A stretch of 64,000 bases of DNA from a virus. The stretch spans positions 2,954 to 66,953 of the IMG/VR virus record IMGVR_UViG_3300046791_000269; one strand, 5' to 3'. Below, piece by piece: positions 1 through 9,161 of this stretch. Every line of letters starts with the position of its first letter. The stretch's first letter is position 1. Made by a program: the position numbers and the translations under genes. A model generated the notes under the pieces. It ran no database searches, was not told where the DNA came from, and saw nothing but the letters and a program-made list of their open reading frames with translations.

Positions 1-1
1 C

Positions 2-211
2 AGTGGCAAGCCAGGCGAGTGACGGGAGCGGAGGCGCGACGAGGAGACTGCCGACGGGATCGTTCGGCGTCGACCGCTGCGAGCGGTACGGCGTCCGGGG
101 GTTGTCGGTGGCGAGCCAGCCGGTCGACGGCAGGGCAATCGCGAATGCGGTCCCGATTGGTGCGGCCGTCTCGACCCTACGCGGGACGAGCGGAGCGGGA
201 CGGGCTTGCGG
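2..211 (-). CDS. Continuation of the repeat-containing tail fiber reading frame beyond an in-frame TGA; runs off the left window edge
   Basis: Same frame as 212-1855 still encodes the repeat motif (APIGTAFAIALPSTGWLATD, PSLAWLAT) and has no in-frame start codon after the TGA. Confidence 0.35.
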
Positions 212-1110
212 CTCAGCGTTCCACCCGAACGCCGGCAGAGCGCCGGTGAGGATGTTCCCTACCGGTTCGCTCGGAGCGACCCTGATCGCGATGACCGGCG
301 GGTGTGCCGGGAATTCTGCTGTGAGCCACCCGGTCGAGAGCGAGACGAACGGGGTAAGCGGCCCGGTCGGCTGCTGCGATTCCTGCGCACGCGGTGCCGG
401 GATGATCGGGGCGCGGGTGTCAGTGCGGAGCCAGCCCGTGTCGACCGAAACGAACGGCGCGAGGGGGCCAGTCGGCGCACTCGGCTCGACCCGCTTGGCT
501 ACGAGCGTCGGCTTGCGGCAATCGGCTGGGAACCAGCCCGTCGACGGGGAGACGAACGGGACGAGCGGTCCCGTGGGCTGCGAGGCCTCGAGCGCTTTCC
601 GGATCGTCGAGAGCGCGGTCCTGGGAGCCGGGTCGCACATCCAGCCGAGCGAGGTAAGCCCCGTCGGTGCTGCGCCAATCTCGGCGGGGCCCGCGCTGAT
701 GACCAGCCGCCGCGTTCGGGGCGGGGATGCATCGATCTGGAACCAACCGAGCGAGTCGGACGGCGTGAGCAGCGTCCCGACAGGCTGAGACGGCTGGAGG
801 ACTGCCGGATTGGGACGGAGTGCCCGAGGGGGCAGCGGCGTCGACGAACTGTGCGAAAACTTGGTTAGCGCGAATGTGCCGGTCCCGATCGGCGCAGTCG
901 GCTGTAGAACCGGCGGGTTCGGGCGCTTTGCCGCGAGCGGGAGCGGGACAACCGAATTCCAACCGATTGAATCGGTCGGCGTCATCAGCCGCCCAATCGG
1001 CTGCGCAGTCTGTACCGTGAGCGGCTTGATGGCTCGCGGCGGCTGCGGGAGGGGAGTCGACGGACCCCAGCCGATCGTGCTGAGGCCGCCAGCAACGATC
1101 AGTGCGCCAA
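116..1110 (-). repeat. Coding tandem DNA repeat (about 105-bp unit, about nine copies; CCAGCCsGTCGAC..GAGACGAACGG..GGnCCnGTnGGC)
   Basis: Units start at 116, 326, 431, 533, 641, 743, about 850, 959 and 1066. Confidence 0.7.
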
Positions 1111-1855
1111 CCGGCGCCACCACCTCAACGAATCGCGAGAGCGGTTTGTGCCGGCTCGGCGGGAACAGCGGAACGCGCAGCGGCTCCTGATCCGTGCTGA
1201 CGCTACCGAGCGTAACGGTCGGATTGTCGCTGTCGGTGGTGAGCGTCCCGTGGAGGGTAAACGCGCCACCGGAGCCGCTGTTCGTGGTGTCGCTCGCCGT
1301 CGAGAGACCCATAAACGTGTGCGTCCCGGTCGGGTCGGCGAGAGACTGAGACTGGGTGAGGTTCGCGCCCGTGCTCAGGACGGAGGTAACGATGCCGAAC
1401 GGACGAATGGACGTATTCGGGTTCGGCCCGCCGCCGTCCCAGAAGACGAACATGTTGAGCGCGCCACCGCCCAGGGTGAGCTGCGCGCCGTTCGTGATCG
1501 TGTCGGTACTAAGAGAAGTCTCGCCTTCCTTTCGGAACTCGATGACGTAGTTGGCAGAGCCGGAGGTGTGCTTGATCGAGCAGTAAACGTAGTCGGTGTA
1601 ACCACCCGTCGAGAACGACCCCGCATCGAAGCCGGCGCCGCTGTTGACGAAAAAATCGACGCTGTCAGTCGCGATCTCGTCGGTGTCGATCCCCATCGAA
1701 TCGGCGCCGCCCGACCATCCGAAAACCTGGGTGAAGGTCGTGCCAAAGCCGGAGACCTTGACCCACGCCCAGATCGTCCAGTCACCCGTAACAGTCGGGT
1801 TCCCGGCATCTGCGCGCGAAAGGTAGTTCGCGGAGGATGTGGATTTAGCCGCCAC
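212..1855 (-). CDS. Tail fiber protein with a non-repetitive N-terminal domain and about nine C-terminal 34-36-aa tandem repeats (PTGPLxPFVSxSTGW). Not in the supplied ORF track
   Basis: Manually checked open frame from GTG at 1853-1855 (GGGGG RBS 6 nt upstream) down to TGA at 212-214. The N-terminal part (GDWTIWAWVKVSGFGTTF..) reads like a real protein. Repeat-unit spacings are 102, 105 and 108 nt, all multiples of 3. Confidence 0.6.
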
Positions 1856-2231
1856 GCTTTACCCCCAGCGCGTCGCAAACTGCGTCACAGAGCACCCGCC
1901 GACGCTCGTGCTTCGCCGCTAGCCCCGGGGACATCGGCTGTTCCGGTCGGCGCGTCCGGCGCTCCTCGCGCTCCTCGGGAGTGAGCATGCGATCGATTAG
2001 GATGTCGCGCGCAATCCCAAGCGCCTTGCCGCGCGCAAGCTCCGGAAGCCTGTTCAGCACGTCAGCGAACCAGACCTCACCACGCTGAGCGCGCAAGCGC
2101 TGGACGGGCTCGGTGCCGAGATCGATCTCGTGCGTGACGGTCTCGGTCAAGCCGTCGATCGACGCGGTACCCCGCGCAACGGCACGGAAACCGACGTGTT
2201 CGAGAAGCTCTACCGAGGCGGAGGCTTTCAT
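1845..2231 (-). CDS. Hypothetical protein (128 aa)
   Basis: ATG at 2229-2231 with GGAG 7 nt upstream. Internal start of track ORF 1845-2306, whose N-terminus is Arg-rich. Confidence 0.45.
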   Translation of the reverse strand: MKASASVELLEHVGFRAVARGTASIDGLTETVTHEIDLGTEPVQRLRAQRGEVWFADVLNRLPELARGKALGIARDILIDRMLTPEEREERRTRRPEQPMSPGLAAKHERRRVLCDAVCDALGVKRGG

Positions 2232-2245
2232 TGTAGACTCCGCGA

Positions 2246-2572
2246 ATGTCCGAGAAGGCCTGCGAGCTCTGCGGTTGCGTCGGTTGGCACGGCTGCATGG
2301 GTCCACAGCACATCAACGACTGTCGCTGGCTCGATGGCGCCGACTGCACCTGCGATTTCGAGGCACGGCTCACGCGCCACGCCGCGCTGTTCAGCGACCG
2401 CGAGCGCATGATCGCCTTTTGGCAGAGAGAAGCCGAAGAGCGGCGCGTAATCCGCGGGCTCGGGAAGAAGTCGGTGGACGGCATCGTCCATGTGAATTCG
2501 CGGGAGGGCTTCGCTTCCGTGAATTCTGCGGATGGCGTCATTCGCGCGGCGCTGCCTGCTCGTCACGGCTGA
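2246..2572 (+). CDS. Small Cys-rich protein (CELCGC..C..C..C zinc-binding-like N-terminus)
   Basis: Balanced composition. CELCG motif is shared with the N-terminus of the HNH endonuclease at 6959. Confidence 0.45.
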   Translation: MSEKACELCGCVGWHGCMGPQHINDCRWLDGADCTCDFEARLTRHAALFSDRERMIAFWQREAEERRVIRGLGKKSVDGIVHVNSREGFASVNSADGVIRAALPARHG

Positions 2573-3456
2573 GTCACCCGCACCCAATCGATCTGCATGT
2601 TGGCCGGGTAACCTGCTGGGTTCGGTGTCCCGCCGGCGCCGCCAACGGCCATGTTGAAAACGATGTACTGAGCGAAGCTCGGGACCTGCGAGCCGGACGC
2701 CGTTTGCGTGGTCACGAAACCGTTCCCATCCTCGGCGTCTCTCGACCAGATCATCGAGCCCGCGGACCATTGCAAACGGTAGACGGCGAACTGCGCGCTC
2801 GCATCGAAGCCGAGTGAGTTCTCTCCGCCCGTATGGCTCGCGTTGTAGTGAACGATATTGTTCACCTGCGTGCGGTGGCCGGCGAGAAATTCCGCGATGT
2901 CGGTTTCGCACCAAGCATCGACGGGCCAGTTTTCACCGACGCCGTTCGCCGTGTAGGGCTGCGACGCTTGCCAGTTCTCGCCGAGCATCCAGAAGCAAGG
3001 CCAGACGCCTTGTCCGCCTACGGGAGGCTTGAGTCGCGCGCTCACCGTTCCATAAAGGAACTTGAACCGCGACTGGATCTGGCCTGACGTGTAGTTATAC
3101 GTGACGAGCGGCGTTTCGAAGTCGTGCGGGAACGCCTCGTCGCGGTCGTTCGAGTCCTTGTCCTCGAAGCGGGCAGTGATCGAAAGGATGCTGCCGGTGA
3201 GCGAGATATTGGACGATGTCGGGGTGACCGCGTCCAATTCGCTGTTGTCTAGATCGCCTTGACGGTCGAACTCTGGCTGTCCCGGGACTCCGCCGGTCCA
3301 CTTCGCTTGGTCGAGCGAGTGACCGAGGAAGTCGTCGAAGAATGCAGAGCCGTCCGACGGCACAATGGCGCCGCCCGTGTTGCCGCCAGTGATCGACGAC
3401 TTCCCGCCGATGCGGTAGCCGTAGTCAAAGCTCTGCGTGAACGTGCCGAGTGCCAT
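2563..3456 (-). CDS. Glycoside hydrolase family 16 beta-glucanase (laminarinase/lichenase-like)
   Basis: GH16 catalytic motif E-T-D-I-A-E (WCETDIAEF) and the WPCFWMLG signature. Confidence 0.8.
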   Translation of the reverse strand: MALGTFTQSFDYGYRIGGKSSITGGNTGGAIVPSDGSAFFDDFLGHSLDQAKWTGGVPGQPEFDRQGDLDNSELDAVTPTSSNISLTGSILSITARFEDKDSNDRDEAFPHDFETPLVTYNYTSGQIQSRFKFLYGTVSARLKPPVGGQGVWPCFWMLGENWQASQPYTANGVGENWPVDAWCETDIAEFLAGHRTQVNNIVHYNASHTGGENSLGFDASAQFAVYRLQWSAGSMIWSRDAEDGNGFVTTQTASGSQVPSFAQYIVFNMAVGGAGGTPNPAGYPANMQIDWVRVTQP

Positions 3457-3462
3457 GCGGGC

Positions 3463-3756
3463 TCAGCCGACCGCTAGAATCAGCCGCTCGCGCTGCTCGT
3501 ACGCCCGGAGCTGCTTCTCGAACGGCTGGCACTGAGGCACGCCGATGCAGGTCGGGCAGATCAGGGCGTCGCAGGAGTGACAGCGGCGGATGTCCCGCTT
3601 CTCCTTGCCCTGGCGGATGGCCATTGCGAGCCCCTGGAGCGTCACGTCCTTTTGCATCCGGACAATCCGGTTGCAGTGCGCACAAGTAAAGGTCTCGATC
3701 TCCTCGGTAGCTTCCCCGGGGACGATGATCTGGCTGTAGCCCTTGGCTCGATTCAT
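3463..3756 (-). CDS. Small zinc-ribbon protein (CxxC..CxxC..CPTC)
   Basis: Four Cys pairs. Real start may be an internal one. Confidence 0.45.
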   Translation of the reverse strand: MNRAKGYSQIIVPGEATEEIETFTCAHCNRIVRMQKDVTLQGLAMAIRQGKEKRDIRRCHSCDALICPTCIGVPQCQPFEKQLRAYEQRERLILAVG

Positions 3757-3782
3757 GTGGTAAAACCTGAGCTGGTGAAACG

Positions 3783-4151
3783 ATGAAAACGCTGTACGAA
3801 AGATCGTTAGAGGCGCTGGTTGCTCAACTCGAGGCTGAGAACGAACGGCTACGTGCCGCCGTCACGCCGAGCCCGGCTGTTGCGGCTCCGGCAGAGGAGA
3901 CATCGCAACTCCCGCTTTACGTTGTGCCGCGCATCGGCCGGAGCAGTCAGCCGCCGCCGGAGAAGAGTGGGGCGCCAACGTCAGATGAGAAGCGCGCGGT
4001 TCTCTTTGCTCGCGGCTGGACTCACCACGAGGAGATTTACGAGCAGAACATCCCCGTTTGCTGGGAGCGAGGCGCCAAGTGGTACTCGCTTGATGACGCC
4101 TACAAGGTCGAATTGGGAGAACTGAGCGAGTCCGCCGCGGTGTCGTCGTGA
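3783..4151 (+). CDS. Hypothetical protein (122 aa) with an N-terminal coiled coil
   Basis: Non-biased composition. Confidence 0.45.
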   Translation: MKTLYERSLEALVAQLEAENERLRAAVTPSPAVAAPAEETSQLPLYVVPRIGRSSQPPPEKSGAPTSDEKRAVLFARGWTHHEEIYEQNIPVCWERGAKWYSLDDAYKVELGELSESAAVSS

Positions 4152-4381
4152 AGCTCGTCACGAGACTGGCCAGAGAGGCCGGCGGGAATATTCGATGGGA
4201 GCGCTATAACGAGGATGCGCCGCAGCCGATCCCCATGAGTTTCCGCGATGACAACCGAAGATTTGTCGTCAAGGTCATGCTCGAAGACGGACGGTCTGTG
4301 CTCCTCGATCTTGAGGTGCAGGACGATGCCGCCGAGTCCTCACGACCGCGACGCGCTAGCCGCCGTGTAAATCAAACATGA
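4148..4381 (+). CDS. Hypothetical protein (77 aa)
   Basis: Stop/start overlap with 3783-4151. Confidence 0.4.
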   Translation: MKLVTRLAREAGGNIRWERYNEDAPQPIPMSFRDDNRRFVVKVMLEDGRSVLLDLEVQDDAAESSRPRRASRRVNQT

Positions 4382-4832
4382 GATGCACCCGCGGAGTAGT
4401 CCCCGCGTTCCAGACCGCGTGACGCTCCCGTGTGTTGATCTCGTAAGAAAAGCCGGCCGCCATCCGGTGGACAGCGTCGCCGGAGATGAACATGGCGTCG
4501 GGGTTCGTCAGTAGCGGGACGTGGATCCGCGTGACCCAGTCGTCCCCGAGTTCGTCCGTGTGCGGCTCGATGAATGCGCCGGGCATCACGACTGAGAGCA
4601 GCCGGTTGCGCTCGCGGTAAGCCTTGAGCGGGGCCGGCGTCGCTGCGCGTGCTAGCTCGTCCGTCACGGCCCCGAACGACTGCCACGCCAAATCGGTGAC
4701 CATGGCGGGACGAATCAGACCGTCGGGAAGCCGCGTCTGCTGCGGCCAAAGATCGAACGGGATCGCCGCTACCCATTCGACGACTCGACTAAGCGTCAAG
4801 GCATCTAGGGGCAGCGGCTTTCCTTGCGTCAC
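4356..4832 (-). CDS. Cupin-fold 2OG/Fe(II) oxygenase, aspartyl/asparaginyl beta-hydroxylase family-like
   Basis: HxD...H triad candidates (IEPHTDELG ... RIHVPL), typical of the AspH domain. Confidence 0.5.
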   Translation of the reverse strand: MTQGKPLPLDALTLSRVVEWVAAIPFDLWPQQTRLPDGLIRPAMVTDLAWQSFGAVTDELARAATPAPLKAYRERNRLLSVVMPGAFIEPHTDELGDDWVTRIHVPLLTNPDAMFISGDAVHRMAAGFSYEINTRERHAVWNAGTTPRVHLMFDLHGG

Positions 4833-4835
4833 ACG

Positions 4836-5285
4836 CTACTCGTGGAACGCGATCGCCACGTTGACGTTCGTGCCGATGCCGCCCGCGGCGATCATCTGGA
4901 ACCCGATGCCAGCGTTGGCCGTCGCGGGAATCACGAGCTCGCTCAGCTGGTCGTAGGCCGACCACGGAACGACCGCGCGAGGGTTGAAGAACACGTCATC
5001 CAAGAAGCCGGCCGAGTAGGTCGGTTCGATGGAAGCGTTGACGCCCGCGATGACGACCGACGCCGGATCGGCGAGATCGACCTGCTGCGGCGTGTAAGCC
5101 GTGGACGTGCCGGTCGCCGTGCTGCGCCGAACCTGAACCTCTGCGTTCACGTCGGTGGCGGGAGTGCCAGTCGCCGAGATGCGGAAGTACGAGATCCAGC
5201 CGCGCTGCGCCGCCGTGCCCGTCATGATGAGCGGGGTCTTGGTGGCCGCCGCCGCGATGAAACCTGCTGCCGTATACTTTGCCAT
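4836..5285 (-). CDS. Hypothetical virion/tail protein (149 aa)
   Basis: AGGA RBS. Sits in the structural module. Confidence 0.5.
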   Translation of the reverse strand: MAKYTAAGFIAAAATKTPLIMTGTAAQRGWISYFRISATGTPATDVNAEVQVRRSTATGTSTAYTPQQVDLADPASVVIAGVNASIEPTYSAGFLDDVFFNPRAVVPWSAYDQLSELVIPATANAGIGFQMIAAGGIGTNVNVAIAFHE

Positions 5286-5435
5286 TGTCTTGTTTTCCTA
5301 GGTTGTTGTTGGTCTCCCGAATGCATTCGGGCCTGGCGCCCGATGGGGACGCACGGATCTCCGGCAATCTGCCGGCTTAGTTCGTGTTGGGTGACTCGAT
5401 GGGGGCGAGTCGGGGACTAGCGAGTGGTACGCATC
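5286..5435 (-). promoter_or_regulatory. Structured intergenic region with two perfect palindromes (CCGGCAATCTGCCGG at 5360-5374; CCCGAATGCATTCGGG at 5315-5330)
   Basis: Read directly. No U-tract, so not a canonical terminator. Confidence 0.4.
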
Positions 5436-6941
5436 TCAAAACACGTTCCACACGCGACATTCCCCACGTGCGCCGTCGCCACCTGCTCCGCCGACAGTCG
5501 TACCGGGGCCACCGCCGCCGCCTGCGCCGCCCGGGATCCCGCCAGCCCCGCCTTTGCCGCCAGTGCCAGCCGTGTGTGGGGCTCCGCCGCCGCCACCAGT
5601 GCCGCTCTTGTCGTTGTTGCCCGCGACGCCATCGGTCCCGGCTGCGCCGGCGCTACCAGTTCCGGCTGCACCGCCACTGCCGTCGACAACGCTGTCCGTT
5701 CGGCATCCTGAGCCGCCGCCTGGCTGTCCGTTGATCGGTGAGTTCGCCGCGTCGATAAATCCGCCGGCACCGCCGCCGCCGGCCGCGTAGCAGGAGTTTC
5801 CGCCGCGCCCGTTGAAGGCCGTGGCTGCGCATCCGCCGCCGCCGCCGCCGCCGAACATCGAGCAGCGTCCGTGCTGCGAGTTGCCGCCGGCGCCACCACC
5901 GAAACCGGCGTTCGCGCCGTGGTTCGAGTCGGTCGGCTGAGACCCGCCCGGCTCGCCACCCTTGGCGCCCGTCGTCCCGCCGTTGACGCCGACGCTCATC
6001 GAGCCGCCGCCGCCTGCGCCGGATCGGTCAGTCACGCTCGAGCCGAGGCCGCCAGCGCCGCCGCCGTAGGCGCAGCACTTGGCCGTCGAGCCGCTCACAC
6101 CAAATGCCGTGAAGCTGCCGGCCTTGCCGTCCGAACCATCAGCCACGCTGCCGCCCGCGCCGCCCGTCGTGGCAACGGCTACCGTCACGGTTTCGGTGGA
6201 GCTGAGATCGTTTGCGTCGAGCCTGCGCGTCGAGCGTGCCCCGCCACCGCCTCCGGTTCCGCCCTGACGGATGCCGCCCGCAACCTTGCCGGCGCCGCCG
6301 CCGCCACTGCCGCCGGCCGCAATGCAGTCCGCCACGGCCTCAAGCAGCCCGGGCCGCTTGGTCCAGGTCCCGCTGACCGTGAAGATGTCGAGAATCACCC
6401 CGCCGCGCTCGATGATGAACGTGAGCGCCGTTGAATTGAGTGTGATGGTGTCGTTCGCGGTGAGCTGGAAACGCTGGTTCGCGTACTGCGTGCCCTCGCG
6501 CGCGGGGACGAGCAGGCAGTCGAACACCTCAGCGCTTGAGTCCATGTCGGCCGCACGGGTGAACACGTAGGGAGTGCCAGCCGAACCGAGCGATGTGACT
6601 GTGTAGATCCCGTTGTCGGCCCCGAGCGTCTGCTGCCAGACGAGGACGCGGTTACCGACGCTGAGGGAAACGCCGTCCTGTGCAGCAAGCGCGCCGTTCG
6701 CGTTGGCCGTGAGCACGTTGCCCGTTCTGGTAGCCACGAGCGCGCCGGTCGTCGCAACACGGACCGGATCCTTGATAGTGTGGTCGCGCTCGGCACCAAT
6801 CGTCGCGATGCCCGTAACCGGGTCGTACGCAACAACCGTCGACGTGAAGTTCAGGCCCTTGATCCGGCCTGTGCCGGGGACCTGGACGCCGTCGACGTAG
6901 ACGGTGACGCCGCGGAGGCGGTCTAAATACGGTAAACTCAT
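5436..6941 (-). CDS. Glycine-rich tail fiber protein (501 aa)
   Basis: Globular N-terminal domain followed by a long Gly-rich low-complexity region. The + strand Pro-rich ORFs here are its shadows. Confidence 0.65.
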   Translation of the reverse strand: MSLPYLDRLRGVTVYVDGVQVPGTGRIKGLNFTSTVVAYDPVTGIATIGAERDHTIKDPVRVATTGALVATRTGNVLTANANGALAAQDGVSLSVGNRVLVWQQTLGADNGIYTVTSLGSAGTPYVFTRAADMDSSAEVFDCLLVPAREGTQYANQRFQLTANDTITLNSTALTFIIERGGVILDIFTVSGTWTKRPGLLEAVADCIAAGGSGGGGAGKVAGGIRQGGTGGGGGARSTRRLDANDLSSTETVTVAVATTGGAGGSVADGSDGKAGSFTAFGVSGSTAKCCAYGGGAGGLGSSVTDRSGAGGGGSMSVGVNGGTTGAKGGEPGGSQPTDSNHGANAGFGGGAGGNSQHGRCSMFGGGGGGGCAATAFNGRGGNSCYAAGGGGAGGFIDAANSPINGQPGGGSGCRTDSVVDGSGGAAGTGSAGAAGTDGVAGNNDKSGTGGGGGAPHTAGTGGKGGAGGIPGGAGGGGGPGTTVGGAGGDGARGECRVWNVF

Positions 6942-6958
6942 GCTACAGTGGCTCTCTG

Positions 6959-7528
6959 ATGGATCGAGTCTGCGAACTCTGCGGTTCTAAATTCCGCGTG
7001 GCGCCCTACCTGGCCAAGCGTGGCTATGCGCGCTTCTGCTCGCGCCTGTGTTTCAAGTCGCGAACTGACGACGCCCTCTTTTGGGAGAAGGTCAATCGTG
7101 ATGGTCCCATTGTCCGTGAGGAACTCGGACAGTGCTGGGTCTGGACCGGCGGAACAACAACCGGCTACGGCTCGGTCAGGCTGAAAGAGCTACAGCGTTC
7201 CGTGCTCGCGCATCGCTACTCGTGGAAACTGGCGCACGGGGAATGGCCGGCCCTGTGCGTCTTGCACAAGTGCGACAACCGCCCGTGCATACGCCCGGAG
7301 CATTTGTTCCTTGGAACACACGCCGACAACACCGCAGACATGATGCGCAAGGGGCGCCACCGCCAGGCGCCTCTACGTGGCGCCGATCACCCTATGTCCA
7401 AGCTCACTTGGGAGCAGGTCCGGGAGATTCGGGCCAGCAGCGAGAAGAACGCGGACATCGCTAGACGGCTCGGCATAGTCCCTGAACACATCTCACGCAT
7501 CCGCGGCGGCCACGTCTGGCGCGAGTAG
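6959..7528 (+). CDS. HNH homing endonuclease (HNH_3/AP2-like)
   Basis: CWVWTG..GYG..HR..HKCDNRPCIRPEHLFLGT..DN core, opposite strand to the surrounding tail genes. Confidence 0.85.
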   Translation: MDRVCELCGSKFRVAPYLAKRGYARFCSRLCFKSRTDDALFWEKVNRDGPIVREELGQCWVWTGGTTTGYGSVRLKELQRSVLAHRYSWKLAHGEWPALCVLHKCDNRPCIRPEHLFLGTHADNTADMMRKGRHRQAPLRGADHPMSKLTWEQVREIRASSEKNADIARRLGIVPEHISRIRGGHVWRE

Positions 7529-7630
7529 CACTCATCCGCACAGCTCACCGCGCCCAGATCGGACCAGCACGGAGGCAACCGACCGGGACGAGCGTGGCGC
7601 GGTGAGCTCTACGGATTCGGCGCTGTCAGA

Positions 7631-8401
7631 TCAGAGCGAGCCGCCGTCGATCGTCATGTCGATCCATTGGAGCGTGAGCGCGTTGGCCAGGGAGTTGGCG
7701 CCGCTCTCACCAGTGATCTTCAGTGCCCAGAACATGGTGCTCGACGGTGCAATGCTCTCGACGACGTTGAGTTGAATGCCGTGCGCGGCGTCGTAGATGA
7801 CAGCGGTGGCCGACGTGTCAGCCTGACCACCAACGAGCGCGCTCGAAAGTCCGCTCCCGGTCGAGACGTAGCGGTAGAGATCGATGCGCGGCATGTTGGC
7901 CGGCTTGCTGCCGCCGTGGACGTTGCCGCCCGCAACATCGCCGAGCACGTGGGCCGTGACGGTGATGAGCGTGCCGGCGCGAATCGTTACCGGCAGTTGG
8001 AAAAGCGCGATGTCGCTGGACGAGTTCCCAGTCTGTACGAAATTGAACGTTCCGCCGCCGGACGAGACCGACGACCACGCGCTCGAGTGGATGGGCCGCG
8101 GGAAGAACCCGACGACCGTTGAGCCGAGGGCCTTCCCGGGAAGGGACTCCTTCAACCACTTGAAGTTCTGGAGGAGCGGCTTGGCAATCGCGCGGAAAGC
8201 GTTCGATGCCGTGAGCCGCGTGTCGTCGGGGACCGTGACGTACTGCGTGAGCGTCGCCGGAACTGTGAGGAGGTTCTCCGGGACGCCTGCGCTATTGCCG
8301 GTGATCGTGTTGTAGATCCAGCGGGTTCGGTCGGCGAGGCGGTCGACGCCATCCAAAACTGTGGCCGGATAGTCCGTGTCCCCGACCGAGGGGGCGGGCA
8401 C
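7631..8401 (-). CDS. Tail fiber / receptor-binding structural protein (256 aa)
   Basis: Position within the fiber cluster. Confidence 0.5.
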   Translation of the reverse strand: MPAPSVGDTDYPATVLDGVDRLADRTRWIYNTITGNSAGVPENLLTVPATLTQYVTVPDDTRLTASNAFRAIAKPLLQNFKWLKESLPGKALGSTVVGFFPRPIHSSAWSSVSSGGGTFNFVQTGNSSSDIALFQLPVTIRAGTLITVTAHVLGDVAGGNVHGGSKPANMPRIDLYRYVSTGSGLSSALVGGQADTSATAVIYDAAHGIQLNVVESIAPSSTMFWALKITGESGANSLANALTLQWIDMTIDGGSL

Positions 8402-8539
8402 AGTTGTTTGGAAAAGGTCATTTTCCGTGACGTTTATGGAAATTTGGCCCTGGCCTTCTAGCAGCCAATGCTAGGATGTGAGTGCGCCCGGCGTTGTTTG
8501 AGCAACCCGGGCGCATGACCCACAGGAAGGTTAGTTCCC

Positions 8540-9157
8540 ATGAGTGCGCGAATAGTACTGCAATGCGTCCGCTGCTGCGCTGAGTTCAGCGTGTGGCCCC
8601 ACGAACTACGGAATGGGCGGCGCTTCTGCTCCAAGAATTGCGCGTACGGCGCTCGACTAGGCGAGGCCGGTAAAATTGACAGGCTACGCTCGCGATTTCT
8701 AAGGAGAGTGAACGCGGCGGGTCCCGTACTGCGTCAGGAACTCGGGCCTTGCCATGTATGGACTGGTCTGCGCGACAGGTACGGGTATGCCCAGATGTAT
8801 GCCTGCGGCAGAAGGCGTCCGGCTACCCACGTGGCCATCTATCTCGTCCGCGGCCATTGGCCGTCGGCATGCGCGCTTCACAAATGTGACGGCGGCCCGA
8901 TCGGGTGCGTCCGCGAGGACCACCTGTTCGAAGGGACCAAGGCCGACAATACGGCAGACATGCTCGCAAAGGGACGGGCATGGAAAGGGCGCGAGGTGGG
9001 GACAGGGCCTAAAAAATTAGACGCCGATCGCGTTCGTGAGATCCGCCGGTTGTTGGGTGGCGGCGTCACGCATCGAGCGATTGCCGCCCAGATGGGCATT
9101 GACAGAACAACCGTCTCGCAGGTGGCCCGCGGCCGCACGTGGCGGCACGTGATCTGA
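8540..9157 (+). CDS. HNH homing endonuclease, paralog of 6959-7528
   Basis: CHVWTG..YGY..THVAIY..HKCDGGPIGCVREDHLFEGTKADN. Confidence 0.85.
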   Translation: MSARIVLQCVRCCAEFSVWPHELRNGRRFCSKNCAYGARLGEAGKIDRLRSRFLRRVNAAGPVLRQELGPCHVWTGLRDRYGYAQMYACGRRRPATHVAIYLVRGHWPSACALHKCDGGPIGCVREDHLFEGTKADNTADMLAKGRAWKGREVGTGPKKLDADRVREIRRLLGGGVTHRAIAAQMGIDRTTVSQVARGRTWRHVI

Positions 9158-9161
9158 GTCT

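Noticed and set aside
3-1190. Track ORFs 3-788 (+) and 810-1190 (+), which are repeat-rich and separated by an in-frame TGA
   Set aside because: They are antisense shadows of the minus-strand tail-fiber gene. They share third-codon positions with it and have no protein-like non-repeat domain, whereas the minus frame continues into a convincing N-terminal domain with an RBS and start
1148-1984. Track ORFs 1148-1984 (+) and 1375-1878 (-), both Arg/Pro/Ser-rich
   Set aside because: Their composition is typical of off-frame translation of high-GC coding DNA. The in-frame minus ORF explains the region
5424-6570. Pro/Ala-rich + strand ORFs (5424-5711, 5554-5790, 6079-6267, 6271-6570)
   Set aside because: They are complements of the Gly-rich codons of the fiber gene 5436-6941
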